A DNA stretch of 64,000 bases. Origin: Podarcis gaigeae (Eukaryota). The position numbers and the translations under genes were made by a program. The stretch's first letter is position 1. Every line of letters starts with the position of its first letter. The stretch lies in assembly GCA_964106915.2 (NCBI GenBank), contig OZ066915.1; one strand, given 5' to 3'. Under the pieces are notes generated by a model. The model was not told where the DNA came from, did no database searches, and saw nothing but the letters and a program-made list of their open reading frames with translations. Of this stretch, positions 62,560 through 64,000 are shown piece after piece.

Positions 62560-62990
62560 TCCTCTCAGACTGAGGCTGGACTACATGCGACAAGAGCCGG
62601 AATTAGAAACAGCCTCGCGTTAAGCTCCGCGCTGGCCACGCCCCGGGTAGGTGATTAGCCGCTGAGTTTTGCGCGTCCTGATTGGCTGATCGGGCCGACC
62701 GCGAGGTTTGAAAGAGCAGGAGAAGCAGAAGAGGATTTCGAGGGCTCCATTGTGGCTCGTACGGACACCGGCGATCGAGCGGACAAAGCTTGGCGGGCCG
62801 GGCAGAGGAGAGCACGGAGCGGGGGAAAGCCTGGTGAGAGGGGGGAGAATTCCTTTGGACTCAATCCTTGCTACTGGTGTCGGGGAGAACGCGGCTCGGG
62901 CGTGAGTTGCTCCTTTACTTCTGCAACGGCCGCGGCGGGTGATTTAAGTCTCCCGCTGCCCCTCCTAATGTGAGCGCTGAGCATGTCTCA
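62560..62990 (+). promoter_or_regulatory. CpG-island promoter with CCAAT and CHR elements and probable non-coding first exon of the next gene
   Basis: CpG-rich. E2F-like ttttgcgcg at ~62667, reverse CCAAT attgg at 62681, ccgcgagg-TTTGAA (CDE/CHR-like) at 62699-62712, and a candidate donor gtgagt at 62902. Confidence 0.65.
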
Positions 62991-64000
62991 TTTTGGGTAC
63001 TCGTGAAAACCTCCCCCTTTCACTAGGTTGGCAGTCGTATTCGTAATTCTGGGCATTTATTTACCCACCTTATTTAAATTCCTCTTTACCTTATGGGACC
63101 TGGAAGATACGTTACAGACGCTAGGCTTGAGGCGGGTCTCCTGAATTAAGTTGCTCTCATAGGGAAAAGAAGAGGTGGATCCCAAAGGCAAATTAGGTAG
63201 AGTGGCATGTTCTTTTTACAAAATCCTTTGCAGAAGCTGGTTAAAGAAGCTACGCTTGCACGAAGGTCACATTCGTTGCTGCTACAATAGTGTCTGAGCC
63301 AAACAATGCACTTTCTAGTACTTCCATAACGAAACAAAGTGCCCACATGACAGTGTTTTCGCTGTCGTCCTAACCCCACTTCCTTGGAACTAAGTCCTAG
63401 TGGATTTATTTCTGAGGATATGTAGTTGGGAGTGTACTTAAGGGCTGTCCCTTGGTTGGTAGAGACCACGTGTGTTGAATACAGAAGGTCCCAGGTTCAG
63501 TCCCTGACATCCTCAGGTAGTGTGCAGACTGGGAAAGATGCTCTCTGAAACCTTGAGAGCTGCTCTCAGCAGGTAGAACAGACAATACTGGGCCCAGATG
63601 GAGCAGTGGTCAGGTAAGGTACCTCCAGATTTTTATCTAGTTAGTTTTTCCTAGAATGCAATGCATCTCTAGCCGAGGTATGTTGCTGGGATCCTATCTA
63701 CTGTTTGGCTAGTGGAGTCAAGTAGATGGTTTTATTCAGTTCCAAAAGGTAATAAAATTGTGTTCCAAGGATGGAGGGGAAGGGACCTGACTCATGGCAT
63801 GAATGGAACAGGGACTCCATAATTCTCAAGATGTATCATCACGCAGTTAACAGCCCTGACAAAGGGGCCAGACTAGGTGTTATCAGAGGGAAATGAGACC
63901 CAAGAAGAACAAATAAAGGTGCAGAGGGATGTTTTCCTGACAAGGGGATATGTAAATACTCTCATTGTGTGAAGTGGGTACTTGAACCATGTGTGATTGA

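Overview
Vertebrate genomic DNA from a squamate reptile: a Sauria SINE, L2 and RTE LINEs, and Tc1/mariner and hAT MITEs fit a lizard, probably a lacertid. Four spliced protein-coding genes can be reconstructed exon by exon with GT-AG boundaries and consistent frames: N4BP3 (+), RMND5B (+), NHP2 (-) and BRD8 (+, with a short one-bromodomain and a long two-bromodomain 3' end). NHP2 and BRD8 are head-to-head on a ~250-bp bidirectional CpG promoter. A CpG-island promoter with CCAAT and CHR elements near 62.7 kb marks the start of a further, probably G2/M cell-cycle, gene (KIF20A by synteny; inference only). Most notable extras: (1) a ~0.8-kb fold-back inverted repeat in the N4BP3 3' UTR; (2) an intronless, 3'-truncated WDR83OS/Asterix retrocopy antisense in an N4BP3 intron; (3) a 114-bp duplicate of a BRD8 splice acceptor plus exon start that creates a candidate decoy or poison exon inside the second bromodomain; (4) a second ~138-bp local duplication next to the short-isoform polyA site; (5) a Penelope-type hammerhead ribozyme remnant; (6) a cluster of one 13-bp motif upstream of RMND5B. 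No CRISPR array, rRNA or tRNA gene was seen, and I cannot support a wholly new gene system. Comparisons with human proteins are from memory, not from database searches.
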